This document shows positions 26,301 through 40,049 of a DNA stretch of 64,000 bases, piece by piece. The notes beneath the pieces were generated by a model that was given only the letters and a program-made list of their open reading frames with translations, searched no databases and had not been told where the DNA came from. Source of the DNA: Raillietiella orientalis (Eukaryota); NCBI GenBank assembly GCA_036172245.1, contig JAYWIR010000021.1:1116001-1180000 (forward strand). The letters are read 5' to 3'. Numbering within the stretch: position 1 is the stretch's first letter; each line of letters begins with the position of its first letter. The position numbers and the translations under genes are program-made.

Positions 26301-27250
26301 TCTGACTGTCCCGGCTGGCGCCATCGAATCACCGCATTTTCCACTTTTGATAGCGATGGAGACTCAAGCAAAATGGAAGATCCTGGTGAGAAACCAAGGG
26401 ACATGCAGTCGTGGTTGCGAACTGACCTCCTCCTGTGAAAAGAGAATAGTGAGTGCATCGTAATACCGGGCACATTCGAAAGTGCGACGACAGAGCCCAA
26501 GAGGGCTCTTGAAAAAAAAATAAAAAAAAGGGAAAGTAGTGAAACCACGCGCTCTGCCTTTCTCTCTCGGGAATCCGAGTTCCAGTGCAAGAATTAGAGA
26601 TCCCAGGACTCCAAGAACGACGATTCCCTGCAAGAGCTGGCGATCACAAGAGCGCGCGGGGACCAGGTGGGCAAGCTGCTCACGTTGCCCAAGATGCACA
26701 ACAGCTGGAACACATACTTAGCACGCGGATCGCACCCTCTCCAAGTGACCGAGAGCACACCTACACGGTCGAGTGCCCACTGACCTTCAGATCAGAGCAG
26801 CTCCAAACATCAGGCGAGCAGATTCGGGATAGCGGCGAAAACTCCCGATGCTAGAGAAGGTGGAGATTCTGGAGCGAGGAGGTGAACTCGTCCGACGATA
26901 CCCTCTCATCTTAACACCTCTGCATCCCTACTTTTTGAATACCTTCCGCAGGTCAGTTCTTCTACAACGGACGTGGCATCCTCATGAGCACGGTCGACTG
27001 AGAAGGGCTGGCATCTCTCGCCTCCCGAAGCCACAGCAGGCTGAACACCTTTGGCCACCCTGAAGCTGAGGAATCCTTGGATCTTCCGGTCAGTGAGTGA
27101 CAATGTATGGAGCCAAGGGGGCTACAGACACCTCGGGTCAGCCTAGAACTGCTTTGTCCTGTCTAAAGTTTCGAGATAGTGCTCCGAAGGAGATAGGACA
27201 GGACCTCAGGAAGTGGACAAACTCCTTCGCCATGCTTCCCCTGCCCCAGC
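25938..27250 (+). mobile_element. Degenerate RLE-group RT plus thumb remnant; includes the right arm of the 363-bp inverted repeat
   Basis: Same RT-like motifs as the left arm, then 'KPRDMQSWL' and 'QDAQQLEHILSTRIAP' (I..S.LAPWQ-like). DNA 27060-27205 is a diverged direct homolog of 25497-25622. Confidence 0.5.
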
Positions 27251-28449
27251 ACTGCCTTCCCTATGGGAGCGTGATGAAAGTAGCCAGCCTACGAGGAGCC
27301 TGCTTTTCTTCGCTTTTTTTCCTCACTTTGCATCCTCTTCCCTAAGTGTGCCTGCTTTTCTTCGCTGCCGACCTGCATGTCATCCTACCCTGCATTGTAT
27401 GTATAAGACATCCCTTTTATGTATGTTTATTTAGTGTTCAATAAAGGTGATCGGATTACACGTTAGCACCGACGCTGGGCGGATTTGGATATGTGCAATC
27501 AGGAGGGCATCCAGCAGCTCTCTTCCACATAGCAAAGTGACAGACTACTGTAGGGATATGGGGATGTGGCCCTCTGGTTTGGCGGTTTGGCGCCTCCGTG
27601 AGGATTGCGAGATCATTCGAAAGCAAAGAGATTGGGGTGCTTTCCTTTGTTTGCCGTCACAGAGCCGGGCGGTAGCGCTTGAGCTTATCCTCCGCGCCAG
27701 CTGCGTCTCGAAGAGGTGCGGCTCGTCGGAATCACCCAGCTACCCTCTTCCCGGGGGGTATTCACTCCTTTCAAGGTGATGCGAGCTCTGTCAGAAGGAA
27801 GCCAGCATCCCTTGTGGTGAGTCCCGATTGAAACAAAGAGTGGATGGAAGACAGTCGTTCGCGCGCGGCAGAGCAGCGGGAGGAAGTACCCACGTTTCCT
27901 CCCGCTGCTCCAGTACTTCCTTCTTTGGGCGCTCAGAGACCCCGGTGAACTCTGGAATGTCCAGGAAGGTGACGAGGACGTCGAGCTGTCTTCGTCCTCG
28001 GTTGGGGGGCCAACGAAAAAAGGGAAAAACGTAAAGGGAGGTGGGGGAAACCCCCATCACTTTCAGCACAGTGCAGCAGTGGGCGAAGAGAAACAAATTG
28101 GTGATGGTCTACTTGGACGCAGTCCCGTTTCCTTTTGCTTCCCAGGAGAGGATCATTTTTCAAGATGAAAAACAAGCAAAAGAAGAAGAAGAAGAAATCT
28201 GGCTGCAAAGCTCAAGTGAGGATTCTGGCGCAAGAATTTCTTTCTTCTCCCTTCAGAGGCGCGAACCGGCTGAAGGATTTCCCCTTCGTGCTTCAGGGGT
28301 TCCCGGAGTGAATCGAATGAAACCTATGATTCCACTACAGAAATAGAAAGTTCTGTAGGAAAAATGAAACTTCCTTTGGAGGAGGGGTGGGATCTTTTTA
28401 TCTGTGAAGGGGGATCCTTGAGCACTGGGATGGAGCGCCGGGAAGATGC

Positions 28450-29200
28450 ACACCCACTGCCTTCTGTGCCGCCATCGGGATACTGCTGCTACCGCTTCCT
28501 GTAGCTCGGCAGCCCAGTAGGTGGCGCCGTCGCTCTCGCTGCCTCTTTTTCCAGGAGAGGGCAAAAGGGCAGGAGACGAAGGAAAAATAGGGGAACGGGA
28601 CAACGGCACCGGGGATGCTCCGGACTCTGCAACGCACCCAGCACCAGATGGAGCGCCTCTGGGAGCTCGCGGAGCTTCCCCTCGAGGAGCGAATGCCGTC
28701 GCTTCTTCGTCCGACACTTCCCGACAGGGACTCCTCCGGAGGGAATTCACTCACTTTCGTCCACCCCTTCTTGCGGGAGGTTCTCTCGGAGCCCCCTCTC
28801 AGGATTCGAGGGATTCCTTGGCAACCCAACCCCAGCTTGCTTCCACCCAGCTCTTTACTGCGGCCCGCAGGTTCCTCCCGCGAGTCGGATCCTTCCCGAT
28901 GCCCGCCAGTCGCGAATGTGCGGCGGCCATCGTTCTTCCCACAGTCACCTTCCATCTGCCTCAGGGTCAGACCCTTCCAGGAGCTTCCTGTTCTACCTGG
29001 CAAAGCGGGTGCCGAGTCCAGGTTGCTTCCGCCTCCTTTGGAACGGCTTCGGGTTCCACGATTCCTCCGGAGATTCGTGTCGGCTCGCAGAAATTGGTTT
29101 CGATGGGTTTGGGCCACCCAGAGATTTTCCCTGCTGCTCCTCAGATTTGGGATTGTAAATAGATGCCAGTTGCCTCTATTGCTGCTCTGGCCCGGTTGCA
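28450..29200 (+). mobile_element. Possible degenerate RT-end/thumb remnant
   Basis: ORF 28615..29223: 'QMERLWELAELPLEERMPSL..RIRGIP..PPVANVRRPSFFP..LPVLPGKAGAE', whose spacing fits RT 6-7 plus thumb. Confidence 0.33.
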
Positions 29201-29818
29201 TCTTCCTTATTATTAATTCTTGAGAAAGCGAGGACCATCTCCTTGGAAAAGGGGGGGAGGGAGGGAGAGGGAAGATTCTTCCTCCCATATCTGCTCGAGA
29301 ATATCGGAAACGTAGGCAACTTCAAGGGTCTGACATTGGAGTTCCAGGAATTCGTCTTTGAGGAATCGAGAGGCTGAGTGGGGTACAGATTGCGCGTCAC
29401 GCTGCAGGCGGGCAGGTGAGCGCCCAGTTGGACCGTCCGGCAGCGGGGCCACGGGAGAGAAGGGCTTTCTTTCCATCTGCCCATTTCGGGGCGTTTCGGA
29501 AAGGCGCTCCAGGATGCGCCACCGAGCGAGCGCGCGCGGTTCCACCCCTCGTGGTGTTCCCCCAGGTTTTTTTTGCCTTCCGGCTGAGGCGGCAGCTTTC
29601 GTGCGACGACGGCAAAGTCGGCAGAGGTGCATCGTGGACGACCTCCCGGGTCACGAGACTTCTGCCTATGGACCAGACGTGCGGAGGCATTCATCTCACC
29701 AAAAAGTTTCCGACGGATAAGCAGACGCTCCAGCAAGAGCCCCCTTCACCGTTTTAAAAGTTCGCATTTCTTTCTTGGCGCCGCCATTTTCCAGCCCCGA
29801 AGGTTTGGTGCGCTTTTC

Positions 29819-29844
<26 letters not shown>
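29819..29844. repeat. Poly-T tract
   Basis: Directly visible. Confidence 0.9.
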
Positions 29845-29851
<7 letters not shown>

Positions 29852-32800
29852 CTGAACGGTTGTGGTTCCGGGCGCGGCACACGTGATTGCAGGATGGAAC
29901 CTTCGGGAGTTCGTTCCCGAGAACAACATGTGCTCTGAAGCTTCCGGGGGCTCCACAACCACGTTGATCTGCTCGAGTTTTGTTTGGTTCTCCCCCTCCC
30001 TCCTGCGTTTTCCATCCTGAGCGGCGGTTTTTACCTGAATCCGAGGGTCGCTCCCCCCCGTCTGCGTTCCTCTGCACGAAACTTTTCCTCTGGATTTCTC
30101 CTCCACGCTTGCGAGTTGCCATCTCGATTTATGATCTCCTCTTCTACTTTTGACGGAGATCAGGCGCATCTGTAATTCGAGCCGCTCGCGGGAGAGAAAA
30201 ATGCGCGTCTGCTTGTTCATCAAATTAGTTCCCTCTCTCCTCACCAGGTGCGCGGAGCGGCCGCCGCGCGTACCGTCCGGAGGGAGGCGCTCTGCGCGCC
30301 AGCAGCCGTTTGCGGTGGTTTCCCGCCATCGCTGGTTCGGCACGGCGCCAGAAAAAGGTTTCCTGATGTCCGAAAGCTTTGGCCGTGCCGGATGGGGTTT
30401 AAGGCCTGCTCAAACAGATCGTTTCTACGCACCAGATCACGGGATTGCGGGCTGCCGCAGTCGTCCCGCAGCTGCGGATGCTTGGCATCGAAATTGCTGT
30501 TGGTTTTCCTGCTGCTTTTCCTTCATCTGTGCCTTCTTTTCCTGGACCATTCTTCAGCGGAATGGGTCCCTTAGCCATGGACTTCTCTGCCCCCACGGCC
30601 TCTGATTAGTCAAATGAGTTTTCTTTGCGTTGTTTCTGACACGCGAGGGAAAAGGGGAGGACAGCGTTGCTTTTCATCTGTGGGGCACGTCCAGCGTGCG
30701 GCAAAAAAGAAAAAAAGGAATTCCTGAGAGTTTTCCACTGTGGCTGCTCCGTAAGCTCCCGATCTGTCGAGAGCGCGCGCTCTCTCGCGAGTGCAAGAGA
30801 AACCTTCAGATCCATTGGCTGCAGGAATGCGCGAGGGGCGTGCAAGCACGCAGGTTCCCTGCCCTCCTAGGTCCGCAGGAACTTCCGGAGAAGGAAATCC
30901 AAGTAGGGCTTTCTTTTTCCTTACGTGCGCGATCGTAGCTCCGCTTAGCCATCCCGAAGAGATGATTCCACAGGCCAATGGACTGCAATCGAAGCGAGAA
31001 CTCGAATCTCCTGGCCGGCAGGCGTGCAAAGAAAACCGTAGCAAGCAGGGGACCTGGTGTTCCAGGACGCGGGAGAAGCACTTCCACTGGGGACTGCCTG
31101 CCCACACGTGAGTACTCGGCAACGACTCTTGAAGAGGAACGGCAAGCGAAGGAAGCGAAGATGGAGGATTGGCTTTGCTCCTCGTGACCAAAGGAGCGGC
31201 CGCTAACTTAAGGGTTCTCTGAGACCTTGTGATCCTGTGAAAGGCAGCGAGGCGTCGGGGTAACTGAAGATTCCCAAGAAGCAGACGGTGCACGCCGCAA
31301 GGGGAATGGCGTCGGGCTCGAGCAGGCGGCGCGCCGAAAGCACTGCACGCCTGGGGCCACCCCATCCGTAACGGAAGAATCCTCAAGGGGCAGGTCCTCC
31401 TCTTCACGAGGTCATGTCCGATGAGGACAGGGTCAGGAGGCAGTGGTCCGGATCCCGAAGTTTCATTTGTCTGCACCCGGCCCGAATCCCCATCGCCTGG
31501 CGGGCGTGCAAGAGAAACCGGCCGGCACGCAGGAGGCCTGCCGAACGCGAGTGTCACCGGCTGGTCCTCGTATCCTGTTCACCCGGTGAATCCAGCCGCT
31601 CGCCCGCTCCCGCCGTCTTCTTGGCCCGCAAGGACGGCAGGCAGTCGCGGGGGAGGGGGTGGGGAAGCCGCTCGCCAGGCCCTGCCGGTCGGTCCCACGA
31701 AGATCCTCAGCAAGCAGCGAATCGATCCAGGTACACAGCGGGCTTTCCACCTGGCTGTCACATCTCCAGGTGTCCCGGTATCCAGGAGAGGCAGGGAATC
31801 CCCACATCGGGAACCGACACCCAGCGCACTCCCGAGAGAGTCCCCTCAAACCGACCTGCAGCCTCCCCCTCCTCCCCCGAGCGGGAAGGGAGCTCTGATG
31901 CGAATGCGGCTGGCATAATCCAGCATCTGATGAGAGGCGAGCGGGGGACCTGCGGATGAAGCGGGAGTGCGACCCGGATCCCCCCGGCTATCCAGGGAAA
32001 GGTCAGCAGTCAAGTTTGGAGGGATCGGCTCGTCATCCCGCAACGGATGGGGCCCGGCGGTGGTTTTCCACTTTCCACTTTCATCGAGTTGCGCGCCCAA
32101 GCGGGAAGCCCAGGCGGCGACGCGCGAGTCCCGTGCGCCGCGGCGGCGCTGCTCGGCGGCGGATGGAGAGCCCGCGGGGGGCCTCCCTACTGCTTCGGTC
32201 ACGGACCTGCCTGCCTGAGGCGTTCCCCCAGCCGGTGGGACTGCGGTGGATCGCGGCGCCGTCGCCTAGGTGAGGAAGTGGAAGAGGGAGGGACGCCTCC
32301 TCTGGGTGAGGGGGATCCGATCGATCAGAAGGGAGGAGGATGGCCGAGGAGACCTCCCTGCCGAGACGGAATTGGGGGGGGGGGGGGGGACGAGCTGCCG
32401 CCGGGACGCTTCGTCTCCCGGACGAACGAACGAACTCTGGCCGCGCTCCGCAAGGGCGCCAGCTCGCGGCTTTCGCACCGGAGAAGGTGGGGTTGTCCGG
32501 CGCGCGCGAGGCTGGTCGGATGCCCTCCGGAGAACCCGTGCAGATGCTGCGGCCGTGGACAGCGCTCTGCAGACGAAGGACACAAATAAATAAGCAGATC
32601 ATCATCATCATCAGCGGCAGGCTGTGCTGCATGGGATCACGCGCGTCGGTGAAAAGAAGAGAGGACGGGGAAGGAGAGAGCCCCGTCTCCTTGGAAAGGA
32701 GGGAGTGGCGGCGTCAGGCATCGGAGATGGGATGAGAGTCAGTCGAGAGCGAAAGAAGAGACAGACAAACGGGAAAGGGGAGGGGGGGAGGAAGTTCATC

Positions 32801-35800
32801 TTTTGATCGCCTCGGGTCTTCCGGGATGGCCGGCGGCCGGTACTTTGACCGTCTGCGCGTTTTGACACGGAGGAAGACCCGATCCGGGAGCTCTGGCAGT
32901 AGTGCGCGGCCTGGGCGCGATTGCGCCCCGAATCCAGGGAGGGGAGAGAGGGGGGGGGGGGGGGAACCCCGGCCGTGGTTGCGATAGGGTCTCTCTCGAG
33001 CGACCGCGGCATCCCTTTCACTGGCGGCGGTCGCCGGAAGCGGCTATCCCGCCGTTGGCTCTCCCGAGGCAGGGAGAGGCGCGTCTCCCGACTTCTCCCG
33101 AAGTTTTTCCCGGGAGGCGAGAAGGAATTGCCCGAGAGAGAGAGGAGGGCGCGGAGGAAGAGAAGCCAAAGGTGCTCTGCAGACGCTGAGTGCAAGAGGC
33201 ATCACGCGGCGACGCGCGGCCGACCCCCCAGCGAACGGAGGGTCGGGCTCGGGGATTCCCGATCCCCGGGCGATTTCCCTCGGGCGAACACGCGGGACGC
33301 GTCGGGGATTGCGGCGTCCGTGCGTGAAGGCGGCAGCAGCTCTTCTGGCGGCACCCTGCAAAGCGTGCCGCAAGCTTCGGCGAGGGAGGGGGAAGAAAGG
33401 GTTTCGTAGCAACGCGTGGAGAGCAGCGTTCGGGCAGCATCAGGCAGGCACTCCCAGCGGCGCCCTCGGGGCTCGCCGACGCTTTCGCGCCTCCGAGGCG
33501 AGTCCCCCGCCTCGGAGGGACTCCTCCGGGTGATCCAGGGATGATGGCGGCGCACCGCGCCGGCCCCACGGCGGTCCAGAGAGACACGGAGGCGGAAATA
33601 TCGGAAGCGGAGGCGGCTTTCTCCTCTCGCCTCACCCCCGGGGGTGGAGTGACCCCCTTGACGTGACTGTCCTCTCCCTCTCCTTCCTCCCCTCGCCGTC
33701 GCTCCCGGAAAGCGGCGCTGCTGATTCCAGAGGAAGGAGCAAAGCCCCCACTGCGCTCGCCGGGTGGGTGTGGGGTCGGGGCCTAGCACGATCCCGGGGT
33801 TAATCTTCCCGGGTGAGCGGGAGGGGGGGGGGAGAGGAGGGGCCATCCTTCCGCCCTCTCGGAATAACGGGAGTCCCTCCGCGCCACCGGAGATCCCCGA
33901 GCCGCTCCTCCTCAGGAGCGGGTCGGGGCTGCAAGGAGCAAAGCGCGGAGGATCGACGCGAATCCCTAGGGATTCGGTAGCAACGGTCGGTAATGTCCCT
34001 AAGATGTCACTCGAAATCTCCATGGAAGCCGACGCGCGCAAACAGCCTTCCCCCCCCCCCCCTCCCCTCCCCTCCGTTTTTGAAGAGAAATCCTCGAGCC
34101 CATAAGCAATTAATGTATCCGTTCCGTCCCTTCGGACGGCATCCCTCCAACCCCTCCGGCGACGGCGGGGACGTCAGCAGCAGAGGCGGCGACCGCAGTT
34201 CGGCCGCGCGCCCGACCGGCGGTGCGCTCTTCCTCCCTGAGCCACCCCACTCCCCCGCCCTCGCGGCTTCCCCCCCTTCTGCGGATGGGGGCGGCTCGCA
34301 CAGCGCCTTCGAGGATCACCACCACCACCGCTCCTAGGGCAGGCAGGCTCGCGAGGGAAGCGACTCGCCCCCCAGGCGGTGTCCCTTCCCTTCCCCTCTC
34401 CCTAATGGTCAACGTCACGGGAAGAATCCGCTTTCTCTTTTTTCCTTTTCTTTCTTTTATCCTGCTCGAACCCTTCTTTTCCCCCCCCCTCCCTCCCTTC
34501 CCACAAATCCCCCCGCGTTCCCTCTTCCTCCCCCGTTCCCGCTCCTTTCCCCCCTCCTCGCTCTCTCTCCCTCGGGCGGAGCGGCCTCCCCGTTCTCTTC
34601 ACCGTTCGCTCGGCGAGTTGGAAACTTTTCGCGTCCGGGAGGGCCCCGAAGCACTTTTTCCCGGAAGGGCACTGCCCTAATTGGGACTCTCTTCTGCGGA
34701 ACTCTTTCTTCCCGGCCCGCTTTCCTCCTCCCTCCTGCCGAGGCGCCGTCGTCTGCTCACGTGACCGACGCGCGCTCCCGAAAGCGTCCCGAGGAGGACC
34801 GCGTCGCAGAGTCCTTCCGCCGCTGCCTCCCTCCCCCCCGCGCCGCGCCGCGCTACCGAAGGGCGCGCGGGGCGCCACCGGCGCTCCTTCCTCCTCCCTC
34901 TCTCCCCCCGCTTCGGGGGCCGGCGAGCTCCACCGCTCCGGTTTGCCCCCCTTCCCCCCCCCCGCGGAGGAGGAGGGACCCAACCACGTTCCTGCTTTCC
35001 GCGGCGGCCCCGCAGGACTGCTCGAGAGGCTTCGAAAAAAACAGCCGCCCACGCACCCGTGCGTCCAGGGAGGAGGAGAATCAGCAGCGGGAGGAGGAGC
35101 GATCTGCGTTTGGCTTTCCCATCCAGCATCCGAGAGAGCAACGCTTAGGAGGAAAAACTGCCACGGGGGATGGTTTCTAGGGGCAATTCTTTCCGCCCGC
35201 GTGTTCTTCTCTCCCCGCCCCCCCCCCCCTTTCCTTCCCTTCCCCCTCCGCTCGCGCGGGGACGCCGACGAAAACAACACGCCGCGCGCGACCTTGGGAG
35301 CGCTCCGCATTCGCCCGGGATGCATGCGTCCTCCTCCTCCCCCTCCCCCCCTTCAGCTCCTTGGGGAGGTTTCCCGCTCAGGGAGAGGGGTGGTTGAGAG
35401 AGTCCTTCCATTCCAGTAGCGTCTCCCCCTCGCCCTGGCGCAGCTCCCGCATCCTCGAGAGGGGCTCCCCGCAAACGAGACGGCGGCCACCGATCAGCGC
35501 TGCCCCTCACCCGGGATCCAATTTCACGCTGCATCTCGCGAGGCCCTCGCGTGTGTGCTTTCGGGATGGGATTTAAGGGGGGCTCCGGAGATGGTTGTAG
35601 GGAGGGAGGAGAAACCGGGAATCTCCCTCCACGCGCGAGGCTAACCTACGTGATCCGCTCGCGGGTGCAGCGCGCACTGCGGCGCGGGAGAGAACGAAAA
35701 GAGAGACAGAGAGAGGAGAGGGGAGGGGGAAGGCGGCGCGGAGACGGGGTCGAGGAGGGGAGGGGCCGACGACCCCTCCGAGGAAAAAGGAAGACACGAA

Positions 35801-38599
35801 GAAACGAGGGCCTTCCTCTGGAAGCCCTGCGCGCAGCGCGGGGAAGGGCATGGCCCCTGGGAGATGCCGCTGCTGCTGCTGTAAGGAGAACGCAGGCGTT
35901 CTCACCCACTCGAGAAGACCCGCGGCCCTTACCGGGACCGCGCCTCCCGGGGGAGCCCTCGTGGACTGGAGGAGACCCTATGCAGGGCGACCGGTCCCTG
36001 CGCTCCTCAGAGAGCGAGCATCCCGGTGGGGACGGCAGGAGACTCCCATGTCCCCTCCCCCCCTCCCTCCCTCTCCTTTGGAAGCAGTAGAAGGATGCAA
36101 GGGAGGGGATAAGGGACTCTAAACTTCCGCTTAGGGAAAAAGGGGATGAGACAGCTCCTTTTTGAGAGTTTTCAGAAACCCTCGGCGTCTTCATCTCTCC
36201 CTTTTCTCCCTCCCTCGAAACGCAGAGTTGCCTACGCGGCTAGGGAGCTCGCTGTCACCCTCCCTCCTCCCTTCCACTCGTCCACCTGAAAGGATGGGAG
36301 TGAGGGGTTGGGGAATCGCGCCGTCACAGGACTCCGCCGGAAGGGTCCTGCTGGAGGGGATGGGGAGGCTTCCAGGACGCTGTTGCCGCCGGCCTCCATG
36401 GAGATGCTGAGAGGAGGAGAGACGAGGACTGGAGATTCCTGCGGTCTCAGTCCCACCTCTTCCCTGATCCCGCGGGCGCGCGCTCCCATGAAATCTCTGC
36501 TGCACCTTCCAAAGGAGGGCATTGCCGACTTCATCCGTGGCTGCTGCTGATGGCGAGCCTCCCGCCCCACGCGTCGCCCGAGGCGTCGTCCCTCGTCACT
36601 CCCCCCACGGAGGACAGGCAGGGAGGCCTCCGCGCCCGACCTCCGTCGACCCACCCACGCGCCCCCTGCTTCCCTCCTCCTCCCTACTTCCACCTCCGAA
36701 CGCGCCTCTCCCACCCGAAAACCTCTTAGCCGCCGCACTCCGTTCCCGGGTCGCTGCTGAGTCTCCCGTTTGCCCAGAGATGCTCGGGGTCCGGAGGGAA
36801 CGCGTCGGTGCGCTCCCACAGGTTTCACCTCTGGGAAGGTTGCCACTTTGGTGGAATGCAGAGGGGAGCGGCGCCTCCTCCCGGATCCCACCCTCCTCCC
36901 TTCCCGTCTCTGCCTTCTGTCGATGTTCCCGGCGGGATGCTTCGTGGGACACCCGTGGGCGCTCTGCGGACGGCAGGAGTGGCCCTACGGATCCCGCTTC
37001 CTCGGAGGGAGGAGCCTCTCTGATTGCTCTAGGCGACGGATGGGATCGAGTCCCCAGGGCCGAGGGCAAGGGTCATCCTTCCCCTGCATAGAAGGATAGG
37101 AGCTGTCCGTAGGCAGACGGCTCTTTCCGTTCGAACGAGGGCATCGGCCACCTTTCCAGGAAACCTATTCCTGGCTAGCTCGATGGGTTCCTCCACGAAG
37201 GAGGTCGGGAGGGAGTCCTGGGGGGGGGGGGGAATGAAAGCCATTAGCGCAGAGACTCTTCCTTGCGACGATCCCTGAGAAAAAGGAAAGCTTTCTGGGG
37301 CCTCTGGCGAGGAGCGAACTCAGTTGGGGTGGGGGCGGCGATCTCGGTAGCATCCCTCGGCGGAACTATAAGAAGCTCCCACCCCTCCGTCAGAGGGAGA
37401 ACAGGAAATCCTTCGGGAAGGAGCCGAAAAGGATGGACCTCCACGAAGATAAAGTTTCGAGAGAGCTCGGATTCTCAAATTGCCTCCGGGAAGAGGAGGG
37501 GAAAGAGGAGGAGAACTTGAAAGATGCCGTCTCGCTTCCAGGGAGCGCTCTCAGGAATGCGTGACCCCGCGCTGGAACCGACTATAGGACTCGCGGAGGA
37601 TCCGTCGAGTTCACGGGGCTGGGAAGAGGACGCGAAGGGGACAGAGTCGCACGCGGACACGTTGACTGAGGACTCGGGTCAACCCCATGCCCAGCAACGT
37701 GCGCGCGTGATCGTCACGAATCGGGGGACGCCGGGAATGGGAGCCCCGGACTTACACGATGGCCACGACCTGAGCGGAGGTCGCGGCAGCAAGCGAATGC
37801 GCTCTGCCTCGTAGGCAGGGCGTTTTGGGAGCAACGGGAGCATTCGGGAAGAGGCCAGCGGGGAGAGGGGGGGCAGCAGCTCTGGCTTCGAAAGTGCGGG
37901 GGACGTCTCTGCTGAAGGGAGGGATCATGTCACCGCAGGGACTTCGTATCCCAGCTTCCTTAAAAGGGAACGCGGGGATGACCGTTTCCAAGGTTACCGA
38001 AAACAAAATTCGGTTCAAGGTGAAACAAAGTTCGTGCCGAGGAAAGGCGGGCCACAAAGGCAAGGCAAACGGTTTCCTCCTGGTTCCTCTTTGAAAGACG
38101 CGTTACGCCTGTAAGCTCCGGGGCGACAATCCTTCAGCCCCATCCCCAGGTCGCCAACCACAAAGCCGTCGCAGATCCCGAGGAACCCCCACAGCTCGTG
38201 TCCTTAGAACGCGCATGGTTGAGCGGGATGGCTCCCGAAATCCCTGCTCCAGCTCCCTCATCTCCCGCTAGAAACTTGAAGGCTGAGGGTTGCCTCCGCA
38301 CCGCGCCGGTCCAGGAATCCCTCAGGGGATGACAGCTGATCACCAGGAATCCTCTCGCCCTGCCTTGCTCAGGGATGGACTTCGTGTGGCATTGGCGGAG
38401 CGGCGTTTCCTGTCCTCGTTAATCTGAAATGATTCCCGTGACCCTCTGAGCCGGGTCTTGAGTGGAACCGGCCGTGGCTGAGTCCTTCGCTCCCCCAGGG
38501 CGTCCTAAGCCTTGCGCCAGCACGGGACGCGATAGGCGCGGCAGGGACCCCCCTCTCGATATACCCATTCAGTCAGCATCCCCAGAGAGTTAGCCATCT

Positions 38600-39410
38600 C
38601 GAGCTCCGCGCTCGCTCGCAACAACCTCGGAGTCGCCATACGACTGCGTCTGTGTCTTGGATCCGCGCGTACGTCGCTAGGCGACCTGCCGCGCGCTCAA
38701 CGCTTCGAGTCCCGCTAAGACGGTGCGCGCTCCTGAGGGAAAATCGCCTCCTAGGACACTTCCCTCGAGAGCCGAACCTCTCTTCAGGCACCCAGGAGGG
38801 AGCGCGCTGGGACGCGGAAGCCACCCACCCCCCTTCGCTACAGAAGCGAACTCCCGGAATCTCCGAGAGAGAGACCCGAAGGATCGGATGACCTTGCTAT
38901 TTCACACGCCTGGCGGCCTGCTTCCACGGTGCGCTGTCGAAACTTTCCGGTCGGCAAGGTGGGAAGTCACCTGCAGGGTTGCAGGGGAGGGACAACCTCT
39001 TGGTGGGTGGTTATCAGATCAGCTGACCGACGCTGCTAGCCACCCAGGCGCTCCGCCAAGCGGGCTCCTCTGGGCAGAGCTCCCGCGAGATGCCTCCGGA
39101 AGATCTGAAGCTATCCGCGGCGGCAACAGCGGACAGCTTCACCCCTCCCTCGAGTGGCGCTGGCTGCAAATTGCACCCGGGTCTCGCAAGCAACGCTCGC
39201 TGTCACCACCGGACCACGCGGGCGCGATGGAGTCAAGCCCTCCTCTCACCCGCTGGTGGACTGCGCCTCCAGTTCCCGCAGGTGAAGAACCGCAGAAACG
39301 TTCTTGGGGGCCTCTTCTTGCAGGATGCCCTCTGACGCAAGCCGCGTCGTTAGCAGCTGCTTGCTGCCTCTTCGGGATGGTGGCGGCCCAGAGCGGCACC
39401 GAAAGAAGTT
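38600..39410 (+). mobile_element. Degenerate NeSL/Utopia-like thumb-to-knuckle remnant
   Basis: ORF 38723..39412: 'TLPSRAEPLFRHPGGSALG', 'RSARWEVT', 'LEWRWLQIA', 'GAMESSPPL'. Confidence 0.4.
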
Positions 39411-40049
39411 AGCACGATAGGGACACTATCCACTTCGCGACCCAGTGCATGCGGTCCCAGCCAGAAAGAAACATCCCGGAGGAACTCGCCTGCATGCTTC
39501 AGAGGACATAGGCAAAACATTTATTTATTTGTTTTCTGCTTTCCTCCCCACTGCTCCCAGGTTGGACCTCGTCAGTCAACGCACCGGCGTCCTCTCCCTC
39601 GGCATTCGAACGGAACAGGACGTACAGAATAACAATTCCTGTATATTTATTGTTTTCGTCGATCAGCGCCGAAGAGCAGTCTGGTGAAAAACAAAACCCC
39701 CATTCCATTATGGGGGATCTCCTTGCACTAGGGTTCGTTTCGTAGGACCTGCAGTTTACTGGTGGGGCTTCCCTGGAAAGCCACGCAGGAACTGCAAGTC
39801 TCCTTGTTTTCCTCTCGAGGAATTCAGGAGTGCCCTCCGGTTGGGTCACTTTTTGAAATGCCTGAGGCAACGAGCTATGCATGAACGGCACGGCATCTTC
39901 ACTGGGTAGAAACCTGTCGCGATCCATTGGATGGGAGGGGGGCTGCAGCCGCAAGAACAAGGTTTCAGAACTCATCTTCGGAACGCATCCTTCATCTGGC
40001 AGCCACGTTTCCGCATGGGTGACCCGCTTGTCCTCGCGACCTTTTCACT

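Noticed and set aside
28615..28740. 'MERLWELAELPLEER' resembling PRC1/MAP65
   Set aside because: Short match with an in-frame stop just upstream, and the context fits an RT remnant.
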